NCBI GenBank assembly: GCA_963733035.1
Contig: CAVTBU010000005.1
Coordinates: 1,472,001 to 1,536,000 of the forward strand
Direction: 5' to 3'
DNA length: 64,000 bases
Source: Pirellulales bacterium
Lineage (GTDB): Bacteria; Planctomycetota; Planctomycetia; Pirellulales; PALSA-1355
The notes under the pieces were generated by a model. The model was given only the letters and a program-made list of their open reading frames with translations, had not been told where the DNA came from and did not search any database. The position numbers were made by a program, and so were the translations under genes. Below are positions 21,363 through 30,200 of this stretch, piece by piece; position 1 is the first letter of the stretch; the number at the start of each line of letters is the position of its first letter.

Positions 21363-21527
21363 ATGTACACAGTAGTCGTCCTGCTTTTCGCTGTGGGTAT
21401 CGCACTGGCGGTACTTCTATCGTATTTTGTTTGGGACACAATGCGTCACACTAGCAAGGTCAGTGACGCCGCCGCCCAGCGTGCCAAGCTACGTGCGGAA
21501 CTCAACCGAAACAAATCGAACTCGTAG
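21363..21527 (+). CDS. Small single-pass membrane protein (54 aa)
   Basis: MYTVVVLLFAVGIALAVLLSYFVW followed by a basic helical tail. Confidence 0.55.
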   Translation: MYTVVVLLFAVGIALAVLLSYFVWDTMRHTSKVSDAAAQRAKLRAELNRNKSNS

Positions 21528-21764
21528 CTGCGCTGCGGTCACATCCGAGTCAGCAGCGTAACGCCTCGCCAAAGGCGCCCGCTTCATTTCTGGCTGAATC
21601 CGAGTGCTCGACGTGTTGTGACAAAATCTGTCAACTTTCTTTTCAGGCGCGTTTGGAGTCTATTAGCACGTTAAGTCACCGTTGGCGAGGACGTGCCGGA
21701 AATTGCTGGAGCGTCCCTGGACCAGACGCCTCGCCCAGCATGAAGTTGGGCGGGGCGTCTTTTT

Positions 21765-21965
21765 TCAACACAACCAAGTTGAGGACGCAGAAAGCATGCG
21801 GTCGTCAGACTGGTTCAGTCTTGCCCACAACCGCTGCATCGCGCGGGTCCACAGCTTGCGTGCGGCGTCATCGCTGCAATCCATCGCTGCGCCGACTTCT
21901 GCAAACGTCAATCGATCCACACTTCGGCGCACGATCTGACAGTAAGTCCTCGGTAGTCCCGCCGA
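21765..21965 (-). pseudogene. ECF sigma factor region-4 fragment, paralog of the 3' end of 23697-24404
   Basis: LTFAEVGAAMDCSDDAARKLWTRAMQRL versus LSFAEVGAAMDRSGDAARKLWTRAMQRL; no region 2 upstream. Confidence 0.8.
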
Positions 21966-22019
21966 GCGGCATGAGGCCGGCACCGTTCAATCTTTGCGTC
22001 GAAGGTATCATTCGCGGCA

Positions 22020-22367
22020 TCACACGCCGACGAATTCGCCACCGCTGATGTACCATCCGTCTCCGCAGGGCTCGCACCAAATAATGTTCAGAGGCACGAT
22101 TGTCGGAGGACCGTCCGGACAGGAAATCCGGCATTCAACTTCACCGGGGACCAGCTTGATGTCATGCAACAGTCCGACACCAAACCGCGAGATTTCTCGA
22201 CTGAATGCCGCGTGCGGCCGGCCGTCGGAAGTTCGCAGCGATACGGATCGAAAGAATGCATGACGCCCGCCACGCAGGCGATGCCTCTTTTCGTTTTTCT
22301 GCGCGTAATTAATAAGGTTCGCAATTGATCCCGAAACTTGGGCTTGCGTCGTTGATTTGTTCGACAT
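22020..22367 (-). CDS. Stand-alone PilZ-like domain protein
   Basis: RBS AAGGAG; Arg-rich RHRLRGGR, REISRFGVGL (D/NxSxxG-like) and IIWC...YISGGEF. Confidence 0.65.
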   Translation of the reverse strand: MSNKSTTQAQVSGSIANLINYAQKNEKRHRLRGGRHAFFRSVSLRTSDGRPHAAFSREISRFGVGLLHDIKLVPGEVECRISCPDGPPTIVPLNIIWCEPCGDGWYISGGEFVGV

Positions 22368-22792
22368 GGGTTATCTCCTTGGAAGGTGGGGGCTCTCTGC
22401 GAGACGTTCCCCTTGAAGGAAGTTCAGGATTGAGTCACCGGCCAATCTGTTAGGCCAACCAATCGGGGTGGGTGAAGGAACCCGTCGCAAGCTTAGGTCA
22501 CTAGAACGCAAGGAGCCTTACATCTGCACGCTACTTGATTGCGACTTTGCGTCAGCTCGAACGGGTTTTGCTGATACTAGCCATCTTTCAAATCCAGAAT
22601 TGTTTCGCACCTAGGACTCAACCTGACATAGCACGGATGCCGATTCCATTTCGTTGGTTAGCCCGACGCAATCGACGCGGCCAATATCGAGGCTGGAGTG
22701 AACTTGTCGCGATGGTTTGCTGGTGAGGCATCCATTCACGTAGGACCTGTCGTGCGACAACAAAGGGTCACCGGCTCACTGTTGATGGGTCC

Positions 22793-22889
22793 ATAAAAAA
22801 GCCCGCGTCACCCTTTCGGCGCGACGCGGGTTTCGCAGCAGCTCCGGGTATTACATGTGGCGCACAGAATCCCCGGAGGGGCGATACTT
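22793..22889 (-). ncRNA. Candidate small RNA 2 (hairpin + GAAA terminator hairpin)
   Basis: CTCCGGG...CCCGGAG extended stem; CCCGCGTCGC-gCC-GAAA-GG-GTGACGCGGG followed by C and T6; promoter-like motif directly upstream. Confidence 0.55.
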
Positions 22890-22920
22890 ATTAAGGCGCG
22901 GAAACCAAGCGAAACGGACA
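22890..22920 (-). promoter_or_regulatory. ECF-type promoter-like motif, copy 2
   Basis: TGTCCG-15 nt-GCGCCTTAAT. Confidence 0.55.
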
Positions 22921-22999
22921 AAAAATCGGATGGCGACTTCCGAACCCGATTCGCCGGGCTATGAATCACAGCTGTTTCCAGAGAGCGGCAGAGACTTGT

Positions 23000-23305
23000 C
23001 TAGCGAAATCGGTCTTCGGAGCCGGCCGTGCGCAGGTGAGGCTCGAGCTTCGCCATCAAATAGCGACCGTCGAGGCAGTCGATGAGGGTGGACATGACTG
23101 CGAGCTTGGTGTCGTTTGTATCGTCCGGTAGCCAGGCGTTAGCGGGTGTGGCCATTATGAATATCTCAGACAACTCGTCGGCAGTGGTCTCGGAACGGAG
23201 AAGCACATAGAGCGTTGAGAGCCAATTCGACTGCCCGAACGTTAACGGCAATCCGAAGACCGCTAAGGTTTCGCGGATGGTCGCTACAAGCCGCTCGCTT
23301 TTCAT
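23000..23305 (-). CDS. Hypothetical protein (101 aa)
   Basis: RBS GGAGGT before ATG 23305 (MKSERLVATIRETL...). Confidence 0.55.
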   Translation of the reverse strand: MKSERLVATIRETLAVFGLPLTFGQSNWLSTLYVLLRSETTADELSEIFIMATPANAWLPDDTNDTKLAVMSTLIDCLDGRYLMAKLEPHLRTAGSEDRFR

Positions 23306-23495
23306 TGCGTCACCTCCCAAATCTCGGCGAAGTCTTCTCCTTGGTACGATCCTCAATGCATGCAACACGACGCACACCGAGAGCGGTGTTGGCAAATCAC
23401 CCTAGTGACACCCCCGCCGGCCAACAGGCGAACGCGGACGTATGGACAGTCCCGATGGAGCCGCTAAGCAGTATCGGGAGCACCCTCAATCTACG

Positions 23496-23523
23496 AGGCG
23501 CTTTTTGAACGACAAACTGGACG
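23496..23523 (-). promoter_or_regulatory. ECF-type promoter-like motif, copy 3
   Basis: CGTCCA-16 nt-GCGCCT, ~170 nt downstream of the sigma gene stop. Confidence 0.5.
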
Positions 23524-23696
23524 CATTACTGATTTGTCATGAGTTCTTGCAGCCAGCGCGGACGAACGGTGTCACTGCATCGAGTACCGCTTGAGCAACG
23601 TGTGACTGTTTGCTGCCGCCAACGAATCTCCGGATGTACTAGAGCCGGCGACGTCGATGGTGGCCGTCTAGACGTAAAAAGCTTGCGGTCGTCGCA

Positions 23697-24404
23697 TTAC
23701 TTCAGGTTCGCACGCAATCGCTGCATTGCGCGGGTCCATAGCTTGCGTGCGGCGTCACCACTGCGATCCATCGCTGCGCCGACTTCTGCAAACGACAGTC
23801 CCTCCAAATTCCTAAGTACAACGGCTTGACGATAACTCTCGGGGAGCCGTCGCAGCGCCCATTGAAGCAGGGCACTATCCTCGGCATCAACGCACCATTG
23901 GCAAGGCGATTTGCACGCAGCAGCACTTGTCGGTTCGAGATCCTTGCCGACAAGGGCATTCAAACTGAGCTCGCGGCAGATGGCACGCTTTGGGGTCAAA
24001 TAACGGCGGCGGGTATCACGCACGCGATTTAAAAGAATTGCTCGCAGCCAGCCAAGTAGCTCTTTTTCCGTGGACCCTTGAAAGCAACTGAATTCTGCCT
24101 GCGCGGCAAGCAAGGTATCTTGGACGACATCCTCCGGGTCCAGTTTTGCGCGGAATCGCTCTGGCAGTAGGCGGTCTGCCACGTGCAGCAGATAACGCTG
24201 GCTGCACTGGAGAAGATAACCCTGAGCTTCCGTACAACCATCGGAGGCCAACCGAATACAGGCATCCTTCTGAATCGAGAGGCTCGGCTCCCCTCCAAAA
24301 ACCGCATTTGGTACTTTTTCGGCGACCGTAATCATGGTAGTGCTGGGGGCAAAAGTCGAAAATGCATCTTCAGGCAGTGTGTAATTCTTACGGCTATTCT
24401 TCAA
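23697..24404 (-). CDS. ECF sigma-70 factor, planctomycete type (no adjacent kinase); start uncertain
   Basis: KLDPEDVVQDT, LLGWLRAILLN and LSFAEVG...AARKLWTRAMQRL motifs. Confidence 0.9.
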   Translation of the reverse strand: MKNSRKNYTLPEDAFSTFAPSTTMITVAEKVPNAVFGGEPSLSIQKDACIRLASDGCTEAQGYLLQCSQRYLLHVADRLLPERFRAKLDPEDVVQDTLLAAQAEFSCFQGSTEKELLGWLRAILLNRVRDTRRRYLTPKRAICRELSLNALVGKDLEPTSAAACKSPCQWCVDAEDSALLQWALRRLPESYRQAVVLRNLEGLSFAEVGAAMDRSGDAARKLWTRAMQRLRANLK

Positions 24405-24543
24405 GTAGCCTGCAGGAGGGTTTGGTTGAACGAGAAATTCATGGAGTGCCTACGCTTGGTGCCGTGCTGACGGGCGTCGCCAAAAGAAGCTGGACGGGAA
24501 CAGAACCGGCCTGGCTCGATGGACCCAAATTGGCTGGCGATTC

Positions 24544-25299
24544 TTATGTCGCGTGCTTTCTTCGTCGGATCACCAGCAGGGCGACGATCCCGAAAGCGGC
24601 CAACGCTACGCTCGCCGGTTCGGGCACGAGATAGCCCGTCCCAGCCACATTGCCCGTGCCCGCGGCATGAAATCCGGTGAGGAACCCGCCAGCTGATGTA
24701 ACGCCCGTCAAGTTCGCACTCGACATGACGATCGTGATCGGCTGGGATTGGTCAAATTCCAAGTTGAACGGCAGGCTTTGCGCGAACAGATCGGTTGCGA
24801 ATCCCGACACGGAGATGGCGATTTGGCTGCCGGTGTAGAAGAACTGCATCGTGTCGATGTTTAACGCCGCTCCCCAACCGGGAATCGTGTTATTGGTCAG
24901 CAGATCGACGCCGAAGGCGCCGCCGTTGCCCCCGCTATAAACGATGCTGCCGCCGGACGCTGGAATGTTGAGCACGTCTTTGATGTAGATGTCCGCAAAG
25001 ACGTTCGTGTTTTGAACTCCGACGAGAGTGCCGTCGAGGTAGAAGTTCATCGAACCTAGCGGATCGGACTGGGCGGGATCACCAATGCCAACGGTGTTGT
25101 GCGTCCCGGCGTCGAAAATATTTGTTCCGTCGTAATCGAGATTGAGTCCGGTGAACTGAATTTCAAGCGTGCCGGCTTTGGCGACGGAAACCGACAGAAG
25201 CACCGCGACGAGCATCGCGAATGCCGAGAAGCGCCGTGCGATACGGCGAGTGGCTCGCAGCAGGGCAAGCTGCGAAGAGGAACCAATCAGCAGACGCAT
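24544..25299 (-). CDS. PEP-CTERM surface protein
   Basis: RBS GAGGAG before ATG 25299; long leader ending VAKA; C-terminal VPEPAS + TM + RRRK. Confidence 0.9.
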   Translation of the reverse strand: MRLLIGSSSQLALLRATRRIARRFSAFAMLVAVLLSVSVAKAGTLEIQFTGLNLDYDGTNIFDAGTHNTVGIGDPAQSDPLGSMNFYLDGTLVGVQNTNVFADIYIKDVLNIPASGGSIVYSGGNGGAFGVDLLTNNTIPGWGAALNIDTMQFFYTGSQIAISVSGFATDLFAQSLPFNLEFDQSQPITIVMSSANLTGVTSAGGFLTGFHAAGTGNVAGTGYLVPEPASVALAAFGIVALLVIRRRKHAT

Positions 25300-25363
25300 G
25301 AAGCTACTCCTCGGTGTCGGCACGGTGCGCGTCGGAAAACCGGACTGCGATGACGCTCGCTTG

Positions 25364-25391
25364 AGACTAGTCACCACCCAGCGAAAGTCAA
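25364..25391 (-). promoter_or_regulatory. Putative sigma70 promoter of PEP-CTERM gene 24544-25299
   Basis: Minus strand TTGACT-16 nt-TAGTCT. Confidence 0.55.
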
Positions 25392-25859
25392 CGAAATCCA
25401 GCCGAAGTTTCGCGAGATTTAACGCAGCCTAAATAAATAGCTGTTTTCGCTTTACGTCAAGGACAGGACGTGTCAGGGTACCGGCGCTGCAGCACGAATC
25501 TGGCGCACCATCACGAACCACTCCTGCGCGGTTCCCACACCGAATAAGTCGCCTGTGGAAACAGGTCAGGCATGTTCTTCGCCGCTGATCAAGGCGCCTC
25601 GCGGCGGTCGGGGTGACCGATTTTTGTCGATCAGTTTCAGCGGCGAGATAGTCCCAGTTTAGGTTCCACCAGACCAAGCAAGGGCCATCCAGGGCTTTGC
25701 AAAGCAGTTGCCCGCAAGATTTCTTGTTACCTGAAAGCCGTTTAGTCAGTATGCCGCCATTGGCGGCCTATAGGGAGTTAGAAGGGGTGTTTCGGGAGTA
25801 CGGCTTATCCGCACACTATCCGCTCTTTGATGATGCGCCACATCCTCAGGTACGTAAAT

Positions 25860-26609
25860 ATGAAATCGAAGATTCTGTTGCTGGCTGCAAGTTGTGTGGC
25901 ATGGGCGTGCTTCGGTCCTGCTGCTCATGCGGCAATTTCGATTGTATCTGCCGTAGGGGGGCAACCGATCAGCGGGGCGAACTACGTGACGTTCAATGAC
26001 CTTTCTGCAGGCGGCACCGGCGGCTTCGCTGCCAATACGACAGCCTCGGGCGGCATTACGGTATCTTTTACTCCCGACGCAAAAGTGGTCAGCGGCGCGG
26101 CATCTGGTTTGTATGCCCCTCCTTTTCTCTCGAACAACAATGGCTTGAACTTCGGTGGTCAGGGCAATGGCGCGGACGCAACCAATTATTTAACGAGCGG
26201 TAGCGATGGTGGCAGTTACCCGGCTGCCAAAGCTGTTCTGACGTTCTCCAGCAAGCAGCAGTATTTCGGGCTGTTGTGGGGATCGGTCGATAAATACAAC
26301 ACCTTGCAGTTCTTTGATAATGCGACGTTAGTCGGAACAATCGACGGTAGCCAGGTCGATGCCAATGCGACCGGCGACCAAGGTACATCGGGAACCTTTT
26401 ATGTGAATATCAGCTCGACGCTGGGTTTCGATAAGGTTGTGGCCACGAGTTCCCAGTACGCATTTGAGTTTGATAATGTGGCCTATTCTCAATACTCGGT
26501 CGATCCTCAGGGTGTGCTCTCCGTTCCCGAGCCGGCCAGCATTATCGTCTGGTCGCTGCTCGCCTTAATGTTAGGTGGCGCCAACTGGTGGCGACGACGA
26601 AGTGGCTAG
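25860..26609 (+). CDS. PEP-CTERM protein, Npun_F0296-like family
   Basis: Signal peptide; YFGLLWGSVDKYNTLQF and AFEFDNVA motifs; VPEPASIIVWSLL...WWRRR. Confidence 0.88.
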   Translation: MKSKILLLAASCVAWACFGPAAHAAISIVSAVGGQPISGANYVTFNDLSAGGTGGFAANTTASGGITVSFTPDAKVVSGAASGLYAPPFLSNNNGLNFGGQGNGADATNYLTSGSDGGSYPAAKAVLTFSSKQQYFGLLWGSVDKYNTLQFFDNATLVGTIDGSQVDANATGDQGTSGTFYVNISSTLGFDKVVATSSQYAFEFDNVAYSQYSVDPQGVLSVPEPASIIVWSLLALMLGGANWWRRRSG

Positions 26610-26825
26610 GTTTTGCTTAACCTGCCAAGCAGCGGGGCCTACATGAATCCTGCGCTGCCATTTTTGGGTCCCCACTTTCTTCTTTCGCGGTGGCTGCCTC
26701 GTCGTGTCACCCACGCGATACGTCAGTGGTCATTGACTGGCAGCTTGGAGGAGCAGGCCATGCGCGGGTCATTGATCGCATGAGCCACGGTTCGTGAATA
26801 CTCGACCCGGCTCTCAAGTGGTTTC

Positions 26826-27197
26826 ATGGTGTATGACCTGTTGAGAAGCCAACCAGCCAACCATCGCGAGCCGATTTCGTCGGCGATGATCGACCGTTGG
26901 CATTTCCGAAAACTGTTGTTTGGTTTAACGATCTATGAGGTCACCGCGGTCACTCTGAAAAACGGTCAGCCTGTCGAGATCGTTGGCGACTACGAAGACA
27001 GCCGTATTCAATTGGTCTACTCACGAACTTCTCCCGGAGAACTCAGCGAGATCCATTTCTCGAATAATCCGTCTGCCACGGGAACCGTCATTCGGTGTCC
27101 CGAAGAGATAGCCGCTGTCAGAACGGCACTACGACCCTTGCTCATGCAGTTTTTTGAGAGTCTGGCAGAAGACGTTGGCCTTCCGCCCTCAAACTGA
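26826..27197 (+). CDS. Hypothetical protein
   Basis: 123-aa ORF with protein-like composition filling the gap between convergent genes. Confidence 0.5.
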   Translation: MVYDLLRSQPANHREPISSAMIDRWHFRKLLFGLTIYEVTAVTLKNGQPVEIVGDYEDSRIQLVYSRTSPGELSEIHFSNNPSATGTVIRCPEEIAAVRTALRPLLMQFFESLAEDVGLPPSN

Positions 27198-27266
27198 TCT
27201 AGCCTTGCCTGTTCCGACCTCGTTGAAACATCAATCCGACAGGCATCAGTTCAATGAAGACGCGGA

Positions 27267-30200
27267 TCACCTTAGTTCGTCCGCCGGAATCTCAACCAGC
27301 TCCCCTGCAGTGGAACTGACCATGACGCAGTCGAAGTTCTGCGCGAACGTTGGAAAACCGCTTAGGTGACCTTCCTGTCGAGCGCGGTTGTGAACGTTTC
27401 GAAACAACTGCTCCAGGCTTTCCGGTTGGTCGAGATCCTCGAAGTTCCAACTTATTTGCGGCATGTCGGGGACTTTAAGCAGCAATGCTTGATAGGCGAG
27501 TCCCGCCGATCCTCCATCCGCGACACGCGCTCCAAAGATGGCCCCGCCATACCCCCTCACACGAGCCCATCGGCATATCCGACCGGCGACGTCTGCAAAC
27601 AGGTGTTGTTCAAGGTCGTAGTCCGATCTGGGAGTGCCGATCGGGGATGCAAGTAAAGTGCTTGGGATTTCCACGAGCTTGGCGGAGGCCGCTTTGAACA
27701 CGACCGCCTGATAGTGCCGCTGACTATCCCGCTGAACTCGTACGAACGTCGGGTAACCACCAGCGTATCCGTGCACGGTCGCCCAATCATTGACGGCTCG
27801 AATCAATTGGCACGTCGTGGGCGATCCCTGTCTGTTTCGGCTTGAAGCGTCGGAGAGCTGGTCTTGTTGGCGTGCGTGGTCGGGAAGAAGCGGAACGGTT
27901 ATCGCCCCGTTGCGCACCGTCAAGGCGGACGCGGTGGCAACCAACTGATCAACTTGCGGATCGATCGCCGCATCGCAATTCTCGTCTCGATAAATGGCGA
28001 TCTCGTTTACGCGAGCGTTGACCTCCGCGGCCGACAAAGGACGCCCCTCCAAGTCTTCAAAGCGGAGGGTAACGCTATCGACTAGACGATCTCCGTGTCG
28101 GCGGCCGGCCGTGAACGACCGCATGATCGGCAGCACGGAGCTAGACCGCCACAGTTGCTGCCAACCGGTTTTTGTCTTTTGTTCGAGTTCCACGTCGAAC
28201 CGAAGCCCTTCGTTGGCGCGCCAGATCACGGCGTTCTTGTCGCGTGCGGCAATGATCGCATCCGGTCGCCCGTCGCCATTGACGTCAAATGCTTCAACGC
28301 ACTCGCATCCAGGTGCGTGCCCATCCACTGGGTGCACGGTTTGATTGAATCGTCCTCGGCCGTCGTTTACAAAACACGTCACTCGGTCGCCCTCGTGGTC
28401 GCAAAGCAACACGTCCAGATCACCGTCCACGTCAAGGTCAACGACATCGACATCGGTTGCCCTGACAAGCTTGGTCGCCACGGTATTCGCCAGCGTGAAG
28501 GAGCCCTTGCCGTCGTTGGCAAACCAGACTGCGCTTTCGTCACCCGCATACAGCACATCGGGATCGGTGTCGCCATCCAAATCGGCCGCGACGACTGCCA
28601 TCACGCGACTCGCGTGTGTCGTTACAACGCGCGGTACGGAAAAGCGACCATGCCCTTGGTTGGCGTACCAGGCCACGGTATCGTCGCCGGACGACCCGGA
28701 GAGAATGTCGATATCGCCGTCGGCATCGAGATCCGCCGTTGTCAAGCAAATGTCCCCACCAGTGAACCGGCCGATTGATTGTGGATCGCCGAGTCGGCCG
28801 GCGCCCAGATTCTCAAGCACGACTATCGAAGCGTTCGCCACTGCCCCACATACCAAATCAAGGTCGCCGTCGCCGTCCAGATCGGCCGCGGCCATTCCGT
28901 CCACGTCCCGTAGTTTTGAAAGCGTCCGTCGCTCCTGCGGCGCTCCACTGCTGTCAAACGTTAGCCACCAAGCTTGGCTGTCGGCCGAACAAACAACACC
29001 CGGCAATCCGGACCCGTTAAGGTCCGCCGCGAGGATATTTGAGCATCTGTCCACAGTCGCGGCCCGGTCATGAAATTCCGTACCACTGCCGTCGTTGGTC
29101 AGCATATGTAGCCGGCCCTCGCTACGACTCATCGCCGCGACATCTAGATCGCCATCACCGTCAAAGTCAGCGACCGCCAGCCGTCGCGGTTCCCGAGTTC
29201 CTGAGGCGATCGTGCGGCTTGCTCCAAATGCCGGAATCGGGTGTAGGATTGCCGAGGATGGTAACGGCGACGAGACAACCGAACCTGTTGGCCCATCCTG
29301 GTCGAATGCAGAAATCGGGGCAGGTGGGACGCAGCGAACGCGGATAGGATCGCAGGTGCCAATTGCGTCAGCGGCCATTTCAAACTTGATCAAAAGGTCG
29401 GACTGGCGCTGCAGCGGAATTCTTTCTTCAGCCGCCAGAAGAGGTGCCCACGCGGTATCGGCGATGTCTTTCAGCACGGTCGAGCGCGAGGCGTCACGCG
29501 GCAGGGACCACCGCCAGATTCGTCCCATGCCTTGCGAATCCTGGCCAAGGGCCAGGAGTTGGTCGTCATTGCCGGTAAAAGTGAAGTCGATGATCTCGCA
29601 GCAATCCTCGCATTCGAGTTGCAACAGCGGTTGGCCATTTTGAACGTCAAAAAGCGTGATCAGTACAGAATTCGATTGAGAAAACTGTGGGGCAGTAGCC
29701 AGGATCCGTCCGCGCGACGAAAACTTTAGCGTATAAAGTTCGGTCTGCTGCGGAACAAGCGACCGTACAACCTTCCCTGTCGCGACGTCCCAAAGAGTCG
29801 TTTCGCCTAACTTGCAACAAGCAATTGACTTTCCGTCAGATGAAAACGTCGCGTCGAAAGCATCACCCAGCGAGTGCTTTAATTCTCCCGTGCGAACGTC
29901 GTGCAACCGCACCTGATCCGTTCGAATTGCCAGCCGTTGTCCGTCCGGAGAAAAGGTCATGCGCAAAGGGGCACTTCCGACTTTCACCAGCCTCGTCACT
30001 CTTCCCACTTGCCGGTCGATAATTGCGACGTGTCCCTCGTCGATGCGGAGTGCCACGTGCTGGCTGTCGCTCGACCAAACAAGTTCACCCTGGCATGCCC
30101 ACGGGTTTGCTTGCCGAAGCAGCACTTTGCCCGTCGCGTAATTCCAGATGGCCAACTCTTGCTTGCTCGCAACGGCCGCGTGCATGCCGTCGGGGGCCAA

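Noticed and set aside
21030..22889. Known riboswitch (c-di-GMP-I/II, T-box) in the hairpin clusters
   Set aside because: Consensus elements such as GGCAAA...GACGCAAA are not present by eye; an Rfam scan would be needed.
21790..23860. Duplicated sigma 3' end as a DGR template/variable repeat pair
   Set aside because: Mismatches are not adenine-specific and there is no reverse transcriptase in the window.
26561..26572. CGCCTTAATGTT as a further promoter-motif copy
   Set aside because: It lies inside a coding region and has no GTCCR box at the right distance.
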